From: an uncultured Chloroflexia bacterium
GTDB lineage: Bacteria > Chloroflexota > Limnocylindria > Limnocylindrales > CSP1-4
Length of the DNA: 39,336 nt
Reading direction: 5' to 3'
Assembly (NCBI GenBank): GCA_963720755.1
Contig: CAVRGP010000005.1
Span: 1 to 39,336, forward strand
Shown: piece after piece, positions 27,617-38,116 of the stretch
Layout: each line of letters starts with the position of its first letter
Position numbering within the stretch: the stretch's first letter is position 1
Notes under the pieces: model-generated
What the model saw: only the letters and a program-made list of their open reading frames with translations
Databases searched by the model: none
Told to the model about the DNA's origin: nothing
Translations under genes and position numbers: made by a program

Positions 27617-30006
27617 ACCCAGTCCGCGATCTCGGGGGCATCCTCGCCGGCGACGCGCGTATAGGCACGCGCCTCGATCCGCTTGTCGACCATCAGCTGA
27701 CGGACGTGACCTGCCCGCGGCCCGAGTCCGGGCACCCGGTCGATCACGTCGATGACGAGGTGGTACCGATCGAGGTCGTTGAGCATGACCATGTCGAACG
27801 GCGTCGTGGTGGTGCCTTCCTCCTTGTAGCCGCGGACGTGGAGGTTCCGATGGTTCGTCCGGCGGTAGGTCAGGCGGTGGATCAGCCAGGGATAGCCGTG
27901 GTAGGCGAAGATCACCGGCTTATCGTTCGTGAACAGGGAGTCGAACTCGGCGTCTGTCGCGCCGTGGGGGTGTTCGGACGTCGGTTGCAGGCGCATCAGG
28001 TCCACGACATTGACGAACCGGATCTTGAGGTCCGGCAAGTGGGTCCGCAGGAGATCCACTGCCGCCAGCGCCTCGAGCGTCGGGACGTCCCCGGCGGACG
28101 CGATGACGACGTCCGGATCGCCACCCTCGTCGTTGCTGGCGAAGTCCCAGATCCCCATCCCGCGCGTGCAATGGAGGATCGCCTCGTCCATCGACAGCCA
28201 GGCGGGAGACGGCTGCTTGCCTGCCACGATGACGTTCACGTACTGACGGCTGCGCAGGCAGTGGTCGGTGACCGACAGCAGGGTGTTCGCATCGGGCGGC
28301 AGGTAGACCCGGATGACGTCGGACTTCTTGTTGACGACGTGGTCGATGAACCCGGGATCCTGGTGGCTGAAGCCGTTGTGGTCCTGGCGCCAGACGAGCG
28401 AACTCAGGAGGTAGTTGAGCGACGCGATCGGTCGTCGCCATGGGATCTCGTCGGTCACCTTCAACCACTTGGCATGCTGATTGAACATCGAATCGACGAT
28501 GTGGATGAACGCCTCGTAGCAGTCGAACAGGCCGTGCCGTCCGGTCAGGAGATAGCCCTCCAGCCAGCCCTGGCACTGGTGCTCGGACAGGACCTCCATC
28601 ACCCGGCCCTCGAGCGCCTGGCCTTCATCGGTCGGCAGGATCTCGGCGTCGAACTGTCGATCGGTGACCTCGAACACCGCGCCGAGTCGATTCGACGACG
28701 TCTCGTCGGGTCCGAACAGCCTGAAGGTCTGGCGATTGCGGTCGATGACGTCGCGGATGAAGGTGCCCACGACCCGGGTCGCCTCGGCGGTCGTGGCACC
28801 GGGAGCCTTGACCTCCACCCCGTAGTCGCGGAAATCCGGCAGCGCCAGCTCGTGCAGGAGGAGGCCGCCGTTGGCGTGTGGGTTCGCACTCATCCGTCGG
28901 TAGCTGTGGGGTGCCAGCTCGGCGAGTTCGGGGATCAACGCGCCCTGCTCGTCGAACAGCTCGTCCGGTCGGTAGCTGCGCAGCCACGTCTCCAGGATGT
29001 CGCGATGCGCGGCGTTCGTGCGAACTTCGCCCATCGGGACCTGGTGGGCACGCCACGTCCCCTCGATCTTCTTGCCCTCGATCTCCTTGGGACCCGTCCA
29101 GCCTTTGGGCGTCCGCAGGATGATCATCGGCCAGCGGGGCCGTTCCGTGACCGAGCCGTCGCGGGCCGCCCGCTGGATCTCGTGGATCTCCTCGATCACG
29201 GTATCCATGACGGCTGCCATCTGCTGATGGACCAAGGCGGGATCGTCGCCCTCGACGACATAAGGATGGTGCCCGTACCCCTCCATCAGGGAGAGCAACT
29301 CCGCCTGCGGGATGCGCGCCAGGACCGTCGGGTTGGCGATCTTGTAGCCGTTCAGATGCAGGATCGGCAGGACGGCCCCGTCGTTGACCGGGTTGAGGAA
29401 CTTGTTCGAATGCCAGCTCGTGGCCAAGGGCCCGGTCTCGGCTTCGCCGTCGCCGACGACACAGCAGACGACGAGGTCGGGGTTGTCGAATGCGGCGCCA
29501 TAGGCATGGGAGAGCGCATAGCCGAGTTCACCGCCTTCGTGGATCGAACCCGGCGTCTCGGGCGCCACGTGACTCGGGATCCCGCCCGGGAACGAGAACT
29601 GGCGGAACAGCTTGCGCATCCCGTCTGCGTCCTGGCTGATGCTCGGGTAGACCTCGCTGTAGGTGCCCTCGAGGTAGGCGTTGGCGACGATCGCCGGACC
29701 ACCGTGGCCCGGCCCGATCACGTAGATGGCGTCGAGGTCCCAGTTCCGGATGACCCGGTTCATATGGGCGTAGATGAAGTTGAGCCCCGGCGTCGTGCCC
29801 CAGTGGCCGAGGAGGCGCGGCTTCGTGTGCTCCGCGAGGAGCGGCTCGCGAAGGAGTGGGTTGTCGAGCAGGTAGATCTGGCCGACCGACAGGTAGTTGG
29901 CGGCCCGCCAGTACGCGTCGATCCGGGCGAGGTCGGTGGCCGAAAGCGGACCCGCAGCGGCCGTCGCGGCACCGTCCGTTCGGTCGGCGTGTTCGTCCGT
30001 CTGCAT
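27604..30006 (-). CDS. xfp: Xylulose-5-phosphate/fructose-6-phosphate phosphoketolase
   Basis: Motifs [27 protein letters not shown]...[14 protein letters not shown] and [14 protein letters not shown]. Confidence 0.96.
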   Translation of the reverse strand: MQTDEHADRTDGAATAAAGPLSATDLARIDAYWRAANYLSVGQIYLLDNPLLREPLLAEHTKPRLLGHWGTTPGLNFIYAHMNRVIRNWDLDAIYVIGPGHGGPAIVANAYLEGTYSEVYPSISQDADGMRKLFRQFSFPGGIPSHVAPETPGSIHEGGELGYALSHAYGAAFDNPDLVVCCVVGDGEAETGPLATSWHSNKFLNPVNDGAVLPILHLNGYKIANPTVLARIPQAELLSLMEGYGHHPYVVEGDDPALVHQQMAAVMDTVIEEIHEIQRAARDGSVTERPRWPMIILRTPKGWTGPKEIEGKKIEGTWRAHQVPMGEVRTNAAHRDILETWLRSYRPDELFDEQGALIPELAELAPHSYRRMSANPHANGGLLLHELALPDFRDYGVEVKAPGATTAEATRVVGTFIRDVIDRNRQTFRLFGPDETSSNRLGAVFEVTDRQFDAEILPTDEGQALEGRVMEVLSEHQCQGWLEGYLLTGRHGLFDCYEAFIHIVDSMFNQHAKWLKVTDEIPWRRPIASLNYLLSSLVWRQDHNGFSHQDPGFIDHVVNKKSDVIRVYLPPDANTLLSVTDHCLRSRQYVNVIVAGKQPSPAWLSMDEAILHCTRGMGIWDFASNDEGGDPDVVIASAGDVPTLEALAAVDLLRTHLPDLKIRFVNVVDLMRLQPTSEHPHGATDAEFDSLFTNDKPVIFAYHGYPWLIHRLTYRRTNHRNLHVRGYKEEGTTTTPFDMVMLNDLDRYHLVIDVIDRVPGLGPRAGHVRQLMVDKRIEARAYTRVAGEDAPEIADWVWPS

Positions 30007-30130
30007 CGCGGTCTCCTTGGCATCGCCGGTCTCGTGTCCAGCTCGAGTCTAGGAGCCTCCGGATCACCGCGTCGGCCGGCGGATCGCGGCGCCAGGTCCT
30101 TCGTTCCCGTGCCATCCAGGATCGATGGCT

Positions 30131-32521
30131 TCATTCGCCCTGGAGGATCGGTGCGATCGGCGCGCGCGCTGCTCGCTGCGCCGGGAGATAGGCGCCCACC
30201 GCGGCGATCGCAAGCCCGACGAGGGACAACGCGACGATGGTCAGTGGAGTGAAGACGTCGAAAGTGACCGCTGCGACGCGCGTCTCGGCGGCGACCTGGC
30301 CCATATAGCCGAGCGCGATCCGTTGGAGTGCCATCCCGACCGGCACGCCGACGAGGCCGGCGACCAGCCCGACCGGCACCACGGAGGCGACGACCATCGT
30401 CACGACCTGGCGTGGCGTCATCCCGACGGCCTTCAGGATCGCCATATCGTGAGCCCGTTGTCTCGTCTCCAGGACGACGACGTCGAAGACACCGGCGATC
30501 GAGACAGCCACGAGGACGAACCCCATCGTGGCGACGACGGACAGGAACAGCAGGAAGCCAGTGTCGAGGGAACTGTCGAACGTCCGAGTCACGGCCCGTC
30601 CACGGAGTCCCTGCTCGAGCTGGTTGGCGTAGACGCCCGGCGAGGTTTCGGCGACCGGCTGGATCTCCCAGCTGGAGGGACGCGCGGTCGGGTCGAGGGC
30701 GAGCACATCGGCCCAGCTGCCGCGCAGGAACACGTGGTCGGCGACACCTTCGGCCGTATCGAAGATCTCCCCGACAAGACGCTCGGTGATCGATCGATCG
30801 CCGAGCGAGAGCGTGATCGTGTCGCCGACTTCGAGGCCGGCTCGGCTGAACAGGCTCGACGTTGCGACGACCTCGCCGGGACCCTGGAACCAGCGCCCGG
30901 AGATCACCGCGTAGCCCACCCAGCTCGCGTCGCCGTCGTAGCCGACGAACGGGATGGCCCCGAGGCCGGGCACGTTGGCGTGGACCTGGCCGAGGCCGAC
31001 CGATCGAGCCGTGTCCGATCGCGCGGCGATGATCGATCCGATCGACGCCGGATCGGCCGCTGGATCGACCTGTTCCACGCGGACCGGGCTGTCTGCGCTC
31101 CGGTCGGTCTGGGTCTTCACCCGCACGAGTGAGAGGTCGAGGCCGAGCGCGAACGTCATCGATGCGACGCCGACGATGAGGGCACCGAGGGTCATCGCGG
31201 CCCGGATCGGATGCGATACCCCGAGGGCGATGCCCAGCCGGGAAGGAAGACCGACCCGCATGCGCAGTCCGGCACGACGCAGGCGACCACCGTCGTGGCC
31301 GAGCGATGGCGCCGTCCCGCGGGTGATGGCGGCCACGGTGCTCAGCCGTCCCGCCTTGAGCGCCGGCACGACGGCGGAGATCGTCGAGACGAGGATCGCG
31401 AACATCGGCACGACCACGACGACCGACCAATCCGGAGTGAACGTTCGGGGAAGTCCGAAGGAGGACGCCGTGTCGCCGACGATGGGTCCGCTGGCAACGG
31501 TTCCGGCGATCGCACCCGCGATGGAGCCGACGACCACCGGCACGAGGATCTGGCCGACAAGGGTCGACGTCACCTGACCCGGGGTGAACCCGACCGCCTT
31601 CATCACCCCGATGTCGCGATAGCTGGTGAGGATGATGCCGCTCACGACGTTGGCGATCGTGAATGCGGCCGCGAGCAGCGCGAATATCGAGAACGCGAGC
31701 AACACGGGGACGTACAGCTGGGCGATCCGATCGACGCCTGTCTTGATCTGAAGATAGGTCGAAGCGCTCGCGACGGCGTCGGCCGGAAGGTCCGCGGTGA
31801 TCGCCGTCACAGCGGCTGACAGGTCAGCTGCGGTCGCCGCTGGTGCGACGCGATACAGCATCTGCTGGTGCAGGCCCTGGCCACCGACGGCCAGTGCGGC
31901 GACATCGCCCGGGCTCATCCAGGCGGCGACGTCCGGCGTACTGACCGACGCGGCGATCCCGACGACGGCCAGTCGGAGAGTCGGGACGCGGTTCGGTGCG
32001 CCGGATCCCGGATCGGGCGGCAGCTGGTCCATTGTCCCGGGTGTCGCTGATCGGTAGAAACCGATCTCCTGTCCGAGCGAGGCGCCGAGCATCGCGGCCG
32101 TATCACGATCGAGGACGACCTCGCCGGGCATGGCCCACCACCGGCCGGCGCTGATCGTCACCCGATCGATGGAGTCCCCCGGCGTCGGTCGCCCGGATAC
32201 GGTTTGGCCGTCGATCTGCCCGAACGTGCCGGGCACCGCGGCGATCGTGACCGGCCACGGGCCCGCGCTGGCGGTGACGGCGCTGGTCGTCGCGGTCTTG
32301 GCCAGGAGCGCGTTGTCGACCGATCCGTCGTAGTCGATCACGAGATGCGCACCGTTCGCACTCGCAAAGGCTCGTTGGAATGGCTCGTGCGTCTCGGCCA
32401 GGACGCTGAGTGCGAGCGTGGCCGCACCCGCTGCCAGGAACAGGACGATCGCGAGGATGGAGGACTGCAGCCGTCGGTGTCGCAGGTCTGCCAGCGTCTT
32501 GGCGGCGACGGCTCCCATCAC
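30131..32521 (-). CDS. ABC transporter permease, FtsX/MacB-like (duplicated)
   Basis: Two FtsX-type TM blocks (IGVMKAVGFT, MAILKAVGMT) and extracytoplasmic domains with GRW motifs. Confidence 0.9.
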   Translation of the reverse strand: MMGAVAAKTLADLRHRRLQSSILAIVLFLAAGAATLALSVLAETHEPFQRAFASANGAHLVIDYDGSVDNALLAKTATTSAVTASAGPWPVTIAAVPGTFGQIDGQTVSGRPTPGDSIDRVTISAGRWWAMPGEVVLDRDTAAMLGASLGQEIGFYRSATPGTMDQLPPDPGSGAPNRVPTLRLAVVGIAASVSTPDVAAWMSPGDVAALAVGGQGLHQQMLYRVAPAATAADLSAAVTAITADLPADAVASASTYLQIKTGVDRIAQLYVPVLLAFSIFALLAAAFTIANVVSGIILTSYRDIGVMKAVGFTPGQVTSTLVGQILVPVVVGSIAGAIAGTVASGPIVGDTASSFGLPRTFTPDWSVVVVVPMFAILVSTISAVVPALKAGRLSTVAAITRGTAPSLGHDGGRLRRAGLRMRVGLPSRLGIALGVSHPIRAAMTLGALIVGVASMTFALGLDLSLVRVKTQTDRSADSPVRVEQVDPAADPASIGSIIAARSDTARSVGLGQVHANVPGLGAIPFVGYDGDASWVGYAVISGRWFQGPGEVVATSSLFSRAGLEVGDTITLSLGDRSITERLVGEIFDTAEGVADHVFLRGSWADVLALDPTARPSSWEIQPVAETSPGVYANQLEQGLRGRAVTRTFDSSLDTGFLLFLSVVATMGFVLVAVSIAGVFDVVVLETRQRAHDMAILKAVGMTPRQVVTMVVASVVPVGLVAGLVGVPVGMALQRIALGYMGQVAAETRVAAVTFDVFTPLTIVALSLVGLAIAAVGAYLPAQRAARAPIAPILQGE

Positions 32522-33210
32522 CCCGCCCGCCGCACGGCGTCGTCCCCGGTGATCCGACCGTCGACGAGTCGAACGATCCGATGCGCTCGAGCCGTGGCCA
32601 GCGCCTCGTCGTGGGTCACGAGGATGATGGTCTGCCCGCGACGATTCAGATCCTCGAGGAGCGCCAGCGCCAGGTCGCCGTTGTGTCGGTCGAGCGCACC
32701 CGTCGGCTCGTCGGCCAGCAGCACCGCCGGGCGATTGACGATGGCGCGCGCGATGGCCGCGCGTTGTCGCTCACCCCCGCTCAGCGTGGCCGGGAATCGG
32801 CGGGATCTGTCGCCGAGTCCGAGCTGGCCGAGGAGCTCCGCCACGGACCGTTCCGTCTCTTCCCGGGAACGCCCGGAGAGGAGGGCCGGGATGGCAACGT
32901 TGTCGGAGACGCTCAGATCCTCGAGCAGGTGGAAGAACTGGAACACGAAACCGACGTTCGTCCGACGAAATCGAGCGGCACCGGTTTCGCTCAACCGATC
33001 GACCCGGACGCCGTCGACGACGATCTCGCCACTGCTCGGACGGTCGAGACCGCCGATCACATTCAGCAGCGTCGACTTGCCGCCGCCGGACGGACCCATG
33101 ATCGCGGTGATCCGTCCTGGCTCGACATCGAGGTCGATGCGGTCGAGCGCAGGGAGCGGCGAACCGTCGTAGCGCTTGGTCACGCCGCGGAGCGAGATGA
33201 GTGGTGGCAT
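32518..33210 (-). CDS. ABC transporter ATP-binding protein (LolD/MacB-like)
   Basis: Walker A GPSGGGKST, LSGGERQR, LLADEPTGALD and VTH. ATG 33210 follows AGGAG. Confidence 0.95.
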   Translation of the reverse strand: MPPLISLRGVTKRYDGSPLPALDRIDLDVEPGRITAIMGPSGGGKSTLLNVIGGLDRPSSGEIVVDGVRVDRLSETGAARFRRTNVGFVFQFFHLLEDLSVSDNVAIPALLSGRSREETERSVAELLGQLGLGDRSRRFPATLSGGERQRAAIARAIVNRPAVLLADEPTGALDRHNGDLALALLEDLNRRGQTIILVTHDEALATARAHRIVRLVDGRITGDDAVRRAG

Positions 33211-33263
33211 GGTCGGTCTCCTGTGTCGAGGCCCCGACGTTGTCACCACGACCCACGGGTTCA

Positions 33264-33360
33264 CATCCGCCGTGGGGTGGGATGCGACCCAGCCGAACGG
33301 ATGACCGGTCAGCGACTTCCGCCGTTCGGATGAGCTTCCATCCCTCTCGCGGCGGAGGGA
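33264..33360. promoter_or_regulatory. Putative response-regulator binding repeats between ABC and TCS operons
   Basis: GCGAC...CGGATGA occurs twice (33284-33304, 33312-33333), plus inverted repeats CATCC-N11-GGATG and TCCCTC-N8-GAGGGA. Confidence 0.5.
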
Positions 33361-33390
33361 CCGCGGGTCAGTTGCGGCTACAGTTGCGCG

Positions 33391-34575
33391 ATGGCCGAGG
33401 AGACCGTTCGAACGCCCATCGACGTGCCGCCGCCGGATCGGCGCTGGCTCGAGTGGCTCCAGGCGCTCGGCCCCGTGGTCGTCCTCGTCGCGATCGGGCT
33501 GGTGACCCAGGACCGGCCGCGGTCCGGTGGTCTCGAGGCCACGATCGTGCTCGTCGTCCTGCCACTGGTCGTCCGACGCGTCTTCCCGCTCGCGGTCCTC
33601 GTCACCGTGGCGGTCGGATCGCTGTTGACGGCCGCCGGTTCGCCCGCGCCCTGGATCCAGGTCTGCGCGGTGGGGTTGGCGAGCTACACGTTCGGAGGAC
33701 GAGCCGAGAGCCGGACGGGCTCTGGCCTGGCCGTGATCGCCGTGGCCTCGGGCATGGCGGTCGGTTTCATGGCACAGGACGCGAGCGCGATGCTCGGGTT
33801 GGTCCTGCCGTTCGTCGTGGTCGTCCCGACGTGGCTGATCGGAGACCTGGTTCGGTCGCGCCGGATCGAGTCCGAGCGGCGGGCAGAGGCAGCGGAGCGA
33901 TCCGTACGTGAGCGAGAGGAGCGCCTTCGGGTCGCCGCCGCCGAGGAGCGGCGTCACGTCGCCCGCGAGCTCCATGACGTGGTGGCTCACGCCGTCAGCG
34001 TGATGGTGATCCAGGCCGGAGCGGCACGTCAGGTCGTGAGGACGTCGCCCGAGCAGGCTGAAGCGTCGCTGCTCGCGGTCGAATCGACCGGCCGTCAGGC
34101 GATGACCGAACTGCGTCGCTTCCTGGGGGCGTTGAGCGACGAGGACGAAGCTGCCGGTCTGGCTCCGCAGCCGGGGATGAGCGAGCTGGAGAGCCTGCTG
34201 TCCCGCGTCCGTGCGGCGGGACTCCCGGCGTCGCTCGAGGTCGATGGTATGCCGCGCCCGGTCCCCACCTCGCTCGACATGACGATCTATCGCATCGTCC
34301 AGGAGGCGCTCACGAATGCGCTCCGCTATGCGCGCCAGGCGACGACCCTTGTCCGGTTGACGTGGGAGCCGGACCAGCTCCGCCTCGAGGTCCTCGACGA
34401 TGGCCCGCCGACGCCTGACGCGAGCGATGGCAGCGGCCGCGGCCTGACCGGGATGCGCGAACGGGCGTCGCTGGTCGGAGGTCGACTCGAGGCCGGGCCG
34501 AGGGTCGGTGGCGGCTATGCGGTCCGGGCCTGGCTCCCCCTGGACCGTGTGTCTCTCGAGGCTGATTGTTCATGA
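33391..34575 (+). CDS. Membrane sensor histidine kinase (HisKA_3)
   Basis: ERRHVARELHDVVAH, YRIVQEALTN, DDG and GRGL.GMRER; TM N-terminus. Confidence 0.95.
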   Translation: MAEETVRTPIDVPPPDRRWLEWLQALGPVVVLVAIGLVTQDRPRSGGLEATIVLVVLPLVVRRVFPLAVLVTVAVGSLLTAAGSPAPWIQVCAVGLASYTFGGRAESRTGSGLAVIAVASGMAVGFMAQDASAMLGLVLPFVVVVPTWLIGDLVRSRRIESERRAEAAERSVREREERLRVAAAEERRHVARELHDVVAHAVSVMVIQAGAARQVVRTSPEQAEASLLAVESTGRQAMTELRRFLGALSDEDEAAGLAPQPGMSELESLLSRVRAAGLPASLEVDGMPRPVPTSLDMTIYRIVQEALTNALRYARQATTLVRLTWEPDQLRLEVLDDGPPTPDASDGSGRGLTGMRERASLVGGRLEAGPRVGGGYAVRAWLPLDRVSLEADCS

Positions 34576-35288
34576 CCGATCGCCGGTTGCGGGTGCTCGT
34601 CGCCGACGATCAGGCCCTGGTGAGAGCTGGGTTCCGGTTGATCCTCGAGGCCCAACCGGACATCACGGTCGTCGCCGAGGCGGCCGAAGGCGATTCCGCG
34701 GTCAGACTGGCTCGTCGGCATCGACCGGACGTCGTCCTGATGGACATCCGGATGCCCGGTCTCGATGGGCTCGAAGCCACTCGTCGCCTGCTCGCCCCGA
34801 CCGACGATGGACGGGTCACCCTGGAGGTGGCGCCCCGGGTCGTCATCCTGACCACGTTCGACCTCGACGAGTACGTCTACGCGGCGCTCCAGGCGGGTGC
34901 GTCGGGCTTCCTGCTCAAGGACGGTTCCCCTGAACATCTGGTCGCCGCGGTCCGTACCGTGGCGCTCGGCGACGCGCTTCTCGACCCGACCATCACTCGT
35001 CGCCTCGTGGAGCGATATGCGCACCCGCCGGCAGCCCCCGACGTCGCCCTGCACGCCATCGCCGAGCTCACGGTTCGCGAGACCGACGCGTTCTACCTCG
35101 TCGCTCGAGGGATGAGCAACGCCGAGATCGCCGAGGCGCTCGTGGTCAGCGAAGCGACCGTCAAGACGCATGTCGCATCGATCCTCGCGAAGCTTGGGGT
35201 CCGCAATCGCGCGCAGGCGGTCGTGTACGCCTACGAATCCGGCCTCGTGACCGCAGGCGCCCCGCTTCCGACGGCCACGCCCCGCTGA
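34572..35288 (+). CDS. NarL/LuxR-family response regulator
   Basis: VADDQ, LMDIRMP, FLLK and HTH SNAEIAEALVVSEATVKTHV; ATGA overlap with the kinase. Confidence 0.95.
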   Translation: MTDRRLRVLVADDQALVRAGFRLILEAQPDITVVAEAAEGDSAVRLARRHRPDVVLMDIRMPGLDGLEATRRLLAPTDDGRVTLEVAPRVVILTTFDLDEYVYAALQAGASGFLLKDGSPEHLVAAVRTVALGDALLDPTITRRLVERYAHPPAAPDVALHAIAELTVRETDAFYLVARGMSNAEIAEALVVSEATVKTHVASILAKLGVRNRAQAVVYAYESGLVTAGAPLPTATPR

Positions 35289-37090
35289 TGGGAGCAACGA
35301 CGCGCAGCAGATGGATCGCCCCGCTGCTCGTCGTCCTCCTGGTCGCTGCCTGTACTCCGGCGAGCCCGACGCCGTCACCCGCGACACCGACCGAGAAGAG
35401 CGGATCGGCATCGGCGACACCGACCGAACCGATCGCGTCGGCATCCTCGACACCATCGTCGCGTCCGGCGTTCGATGCCTCGGGTCGACCCCTCGTCTGG
35501 TTCGCGCCGCTCGGGCCACGGGCCGATCACCACGGCTACGGTGGGGCCAACGACTTCTACGACCTGTTCGAGCCGGGAGCGCCATGGCCGACGGCCGTCG
35601 CCGACGTCGATGTCTTCCAGGTCTACGGCACCTGGGTCACCCACTACTCCACCGACGACGAACTCACCCGTGTCATCGACGGCGTCGCCGAGCGAGGACT
35701 CGGTCTCGGCCTGGAAGTCGGTCCGCTCACGGGGACGAACGAATGCGAACAGGGCGAGGGTTGGGCAGCCGACGAAAGCCTCGATGTCGTCCGCCGGATC
35801 CAGGCGCACGGTGGCCGGGTCGATGTCGTCGCGCTCGACGAGCCGTATGCCTTCGGCCACGTGGCGACGAGTGATCGGTCGTGCCTGTACCCGGTCGATC
35901 GGGTCGCCCGCGAGGTTGCCGGGTTCGTGGCCGATCTTCGGGTTCTCGAGCCCGACGTGATCGTCGGGGATGTCGAGCCGATGTGGTCGGACATCACACC
36001 CGACGACATGGCCGCGTGGATCGATGCGTACGCGACCGCTGCGGGTGAGCCGTTCGCGTTCCTTCATCTCGACGCCGACTGGACCCGCGCCGACTGGGCG
36101 GAGGCGCTCCTGGCGACCGAGCAAGTGTGCCGTGATCAAGGCGTCCCGTTCGGGATCATCTACAACGGCGGCGACGCGCCCTCGGACGAGGAGTGGACCC
36201 GACTCGCGATGGACCGTGCGGTCCACTACGAGGAGGAGACGGGTGGTCGGCCCGACCACGTCGTGTTCCAGTCGTGGTTCGACCACCCGGATCGCGTGCT
36301 GCCGGACACCGACGTGACGACGTTCACAGGCTTGATCGCTCAGTACTCCGGAGCCCGGACCGAGATCGCGGTCGACCAGCTGGGTTCCGCTCGTGCCAGG
36401 GTGATCGAGGTCAGCGGCGCGGTCACCGTAGCCGGGCGGGCGGTCGGTGGAGCCAGCTTGACGATGAGCGCAACCCCGCTCGACGGGGCCAGACAGGAGT
36501 TGACCCTGGCCGGCCAGGTCCCCGCTGGGGCGAGCCACGCGGTGGTCGGCATTCGAGCGAATACCGAAGATGCGGGCCCGGGTCCGATCGACATCGAGTT
36601 GTACCGGTTGAGCTACCAGGAAGCGGTGGATGGGACGAATCTGGTCCCGAACCCGCGGTTCGCCGCCGGGCTCGATCATTGGGGCATCACCGGTTCCGGA
36701 TCGGCCAAACTCGTGGCCAGCGACTCGGGTCCGGGCCGAGCGCTGCAACTCGCGGGGTCCGCGACACGATGGCTCAGCATCGACTCCGGCGAATTCGCGG
36801 TGACGCCGGGGGCTCGCTTCGAACTGAACGCCCTCGTCAGCGTGCCGGCGTCATCTGCCGCCAGCGCCTATGCCGCCGTGATCTTCCTCGGCCCGACCGA
36901 GCTCGCACGCGAACGACTTCCGCTCGAACCGCGTGCGATCGTGCTCGGCACGGTGGCGAGCGACGCGGAGGGCCGGTTCCAGGGGATCGGCGAGGACCTT
37001 CCTGCCGGGCGCTACCGCGTCCGTATCGACGATCGCGGAAGCGCCCAGCGTTGGCCGGCCCGTTGGTCTCAGGAGGTTCTCGTCCGCTGA
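35288..37090 (+). CDS. Lipoprotein with glycoside-hydrolase-like barrel and CBM-like/Ig-like C-terminus
   Basis: Lipobox VAAC, Ser/Pro/Thr linker, VALDEP, FLHLD, VVFQSW and NLVPNPRF..GL..W. TGATG overlap with the response regulator. Confidence 0.65.
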   Translation: MGATTRSRWIAPLLVVLLVAACTPASPTPSPATPTEKSGSASATPTEPIASASSTPSSRPAFDASGRPLVWFAPLGPRADHHGYGGANDFYDLFEPGAPWPTAVADVDVFQVYGTWVTHYSTDDELTRVIDGVAERGLGLGLEVGPLTGTNECEQGEGWAADESLDVVRRIQAHGGRVDVVALDEPYAFGHVATSDRSCLYPVDRVAREVAGFVADLRVLEPDVIVGDVEPMWSDITPDDMAAWIDAYATAAGEPFAFLHLDADWTRADWAEALLATEQVCRDQGVPFGIIYNGGDAPSDEEWTRLAMDRAVHYEEETGGRPDHVVFQSWFDHPDRVLPDTDVTTFTGLIAQYSGARTEIAVDQLGSARARVIEVSGAVTVAGRAVGGASLTMSATPLDGARQELTLAGQVPAGASHAVVGIRANTEDAGPGPIDIELYRLSYQEAVDGTNLVPNPRFAAGLDHWGITGSGSAKLVASDSGPGRALQLAGSATRWLSIDSGEFAVTPGARFELNALVSVPASSAASAYAAVIFLGPTELARERLPLEPRAIVLGTVASDAEGRFQGIGEDLPAGRYRVRIDDRGSAQRWPARWSQEVLVR

Positions 37091-37137
37091 CGCTCGGCAC
37101 GCCCCTGCGCTGACAGGCGCAGACCTGCAACGCGGAC

Positions 37138-38056
37138 CTAGGCGAGGATCGTCCCCCGAGTCGGCAGGATTTCGCCGATCCGGTCGAGCACCTCGAGGAA
37201 GCCCTGGAGCGGCGGTGGGAGCAGACCGGCTGACGGCCGATGCACTGCCACGATCCGGCGGCGTGTCGGAGCGACACCGGCGATCGGCACCGCCCGAAGG
37301 TCGCCTCGGGCGATGTCGCTGGCGATCGCAGTAAGTGGCAGGAAGGCCACGCCGAGGCCGTCTCTGACCATGTGCTTCGCTGCTTCGATGTTGTCGAGTT
37401 CGATCGTGCTCCGCGGTACCACCCCGGAGGCTCGGAAGATCGCGTTGGTCAGGTCGTAGTAACTCGACGTCCGGTCGAAGAGGATCAAGGTCGAAATCCG
37501 CGAGACGGTCGACGCCGATCGGATCGGGACCCGCGAATTCATGATGAGCAGGGACGACCAGGATGAGTTCGTCCTCGTACAGGGGTCGCGCGATCACGCC
37601 CGGGCGATGGAGCTCCCGGATGAGCCCGATGTCGAGCTCGTTGCGCTCGACCTGCTCGACGATCTCTTCCGAATGGCCGGTCCGAACGATGAGTCGAACG
37701 CCCTCGAAACGCTGGACGAACCGGGTCAGGATCCCAGGCAGAACGTAGGCGCCGACCGCTGGGGCTGTCCCGATCGTCAACTGCCCGGTGATCCCTCGGG
37801 CGTGCTCACGCACCTGGCCCCGCCCCGCATCCAGGGACTGTATCGCGCGATCCGCGTACGGCATGAAGGCGCGACCGGCGTTCGTGAGTCGCATCCCTCG
37901 ATTCGACCGCTCGAACAACGGAGTACCGAGCTCCTCCTCGAGCAGTCTGATCCGTGCCGTGAGCGCGGGTTGTGTGACGAGCAGGGCCGTCGCTGCCCGG
38001 CTCAGGTTTTGTTGACGCGCGATCTCGAGAAAGCCCTCGATCTGGGTGATCAGCAT
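37138..38056 (-). CDS. LysR-family transcriptional regulator (1-nt frameshift near 37495)
   Basis: HTH NLSRAATALLVTQPALT..IRLLEEELG. The substrate domain continues in another frame (STLILFDRTSSYY...ELDNIEAAKHMVRDGLGVAFLP). Removing one A from AAA 37494-37496 restores a single ORF. Confidence 0.88.
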
Positions 38057-38071
38057 GGAATATCCCAAGGC

Positions 38072-38116
38072 ATCACTTAGATTGATGGACATATCATATC
38101 AATCGATTGGACTGAT
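38072..38116. promoter_or_regulatory. LysR binding sites (three ATC-N9-GAT boxes)
   Basis: ATC-N9-GAT (T-N11-A) at 38072-38086, 38093-38107 and 38102-38116 in an AT-rich island. Candidate -35/-10 TGGACT-N17-CAGAAT (38108-38136). Confidence 0.65.

Noticed and set aside
30094-30108. DosR-like box upstream of xfp (minus GGAACGAAGGACCT)
   Set aside because: Only a partial match to GGGACTnnAGTCCC and a single copy; too weak in GC-rich DNA.
25808-30252. 572-aa and 848-aa plus-strand ORFs
   Set aside because: Antisense shadows of ackA/SDR and xfp caused by codon bias.
32518-33990. 490-aa ABC ATPase with long N-terminal extension
   Set aside because: The extension is antisense to the histidine kinase; the SD-supported start is 33210.
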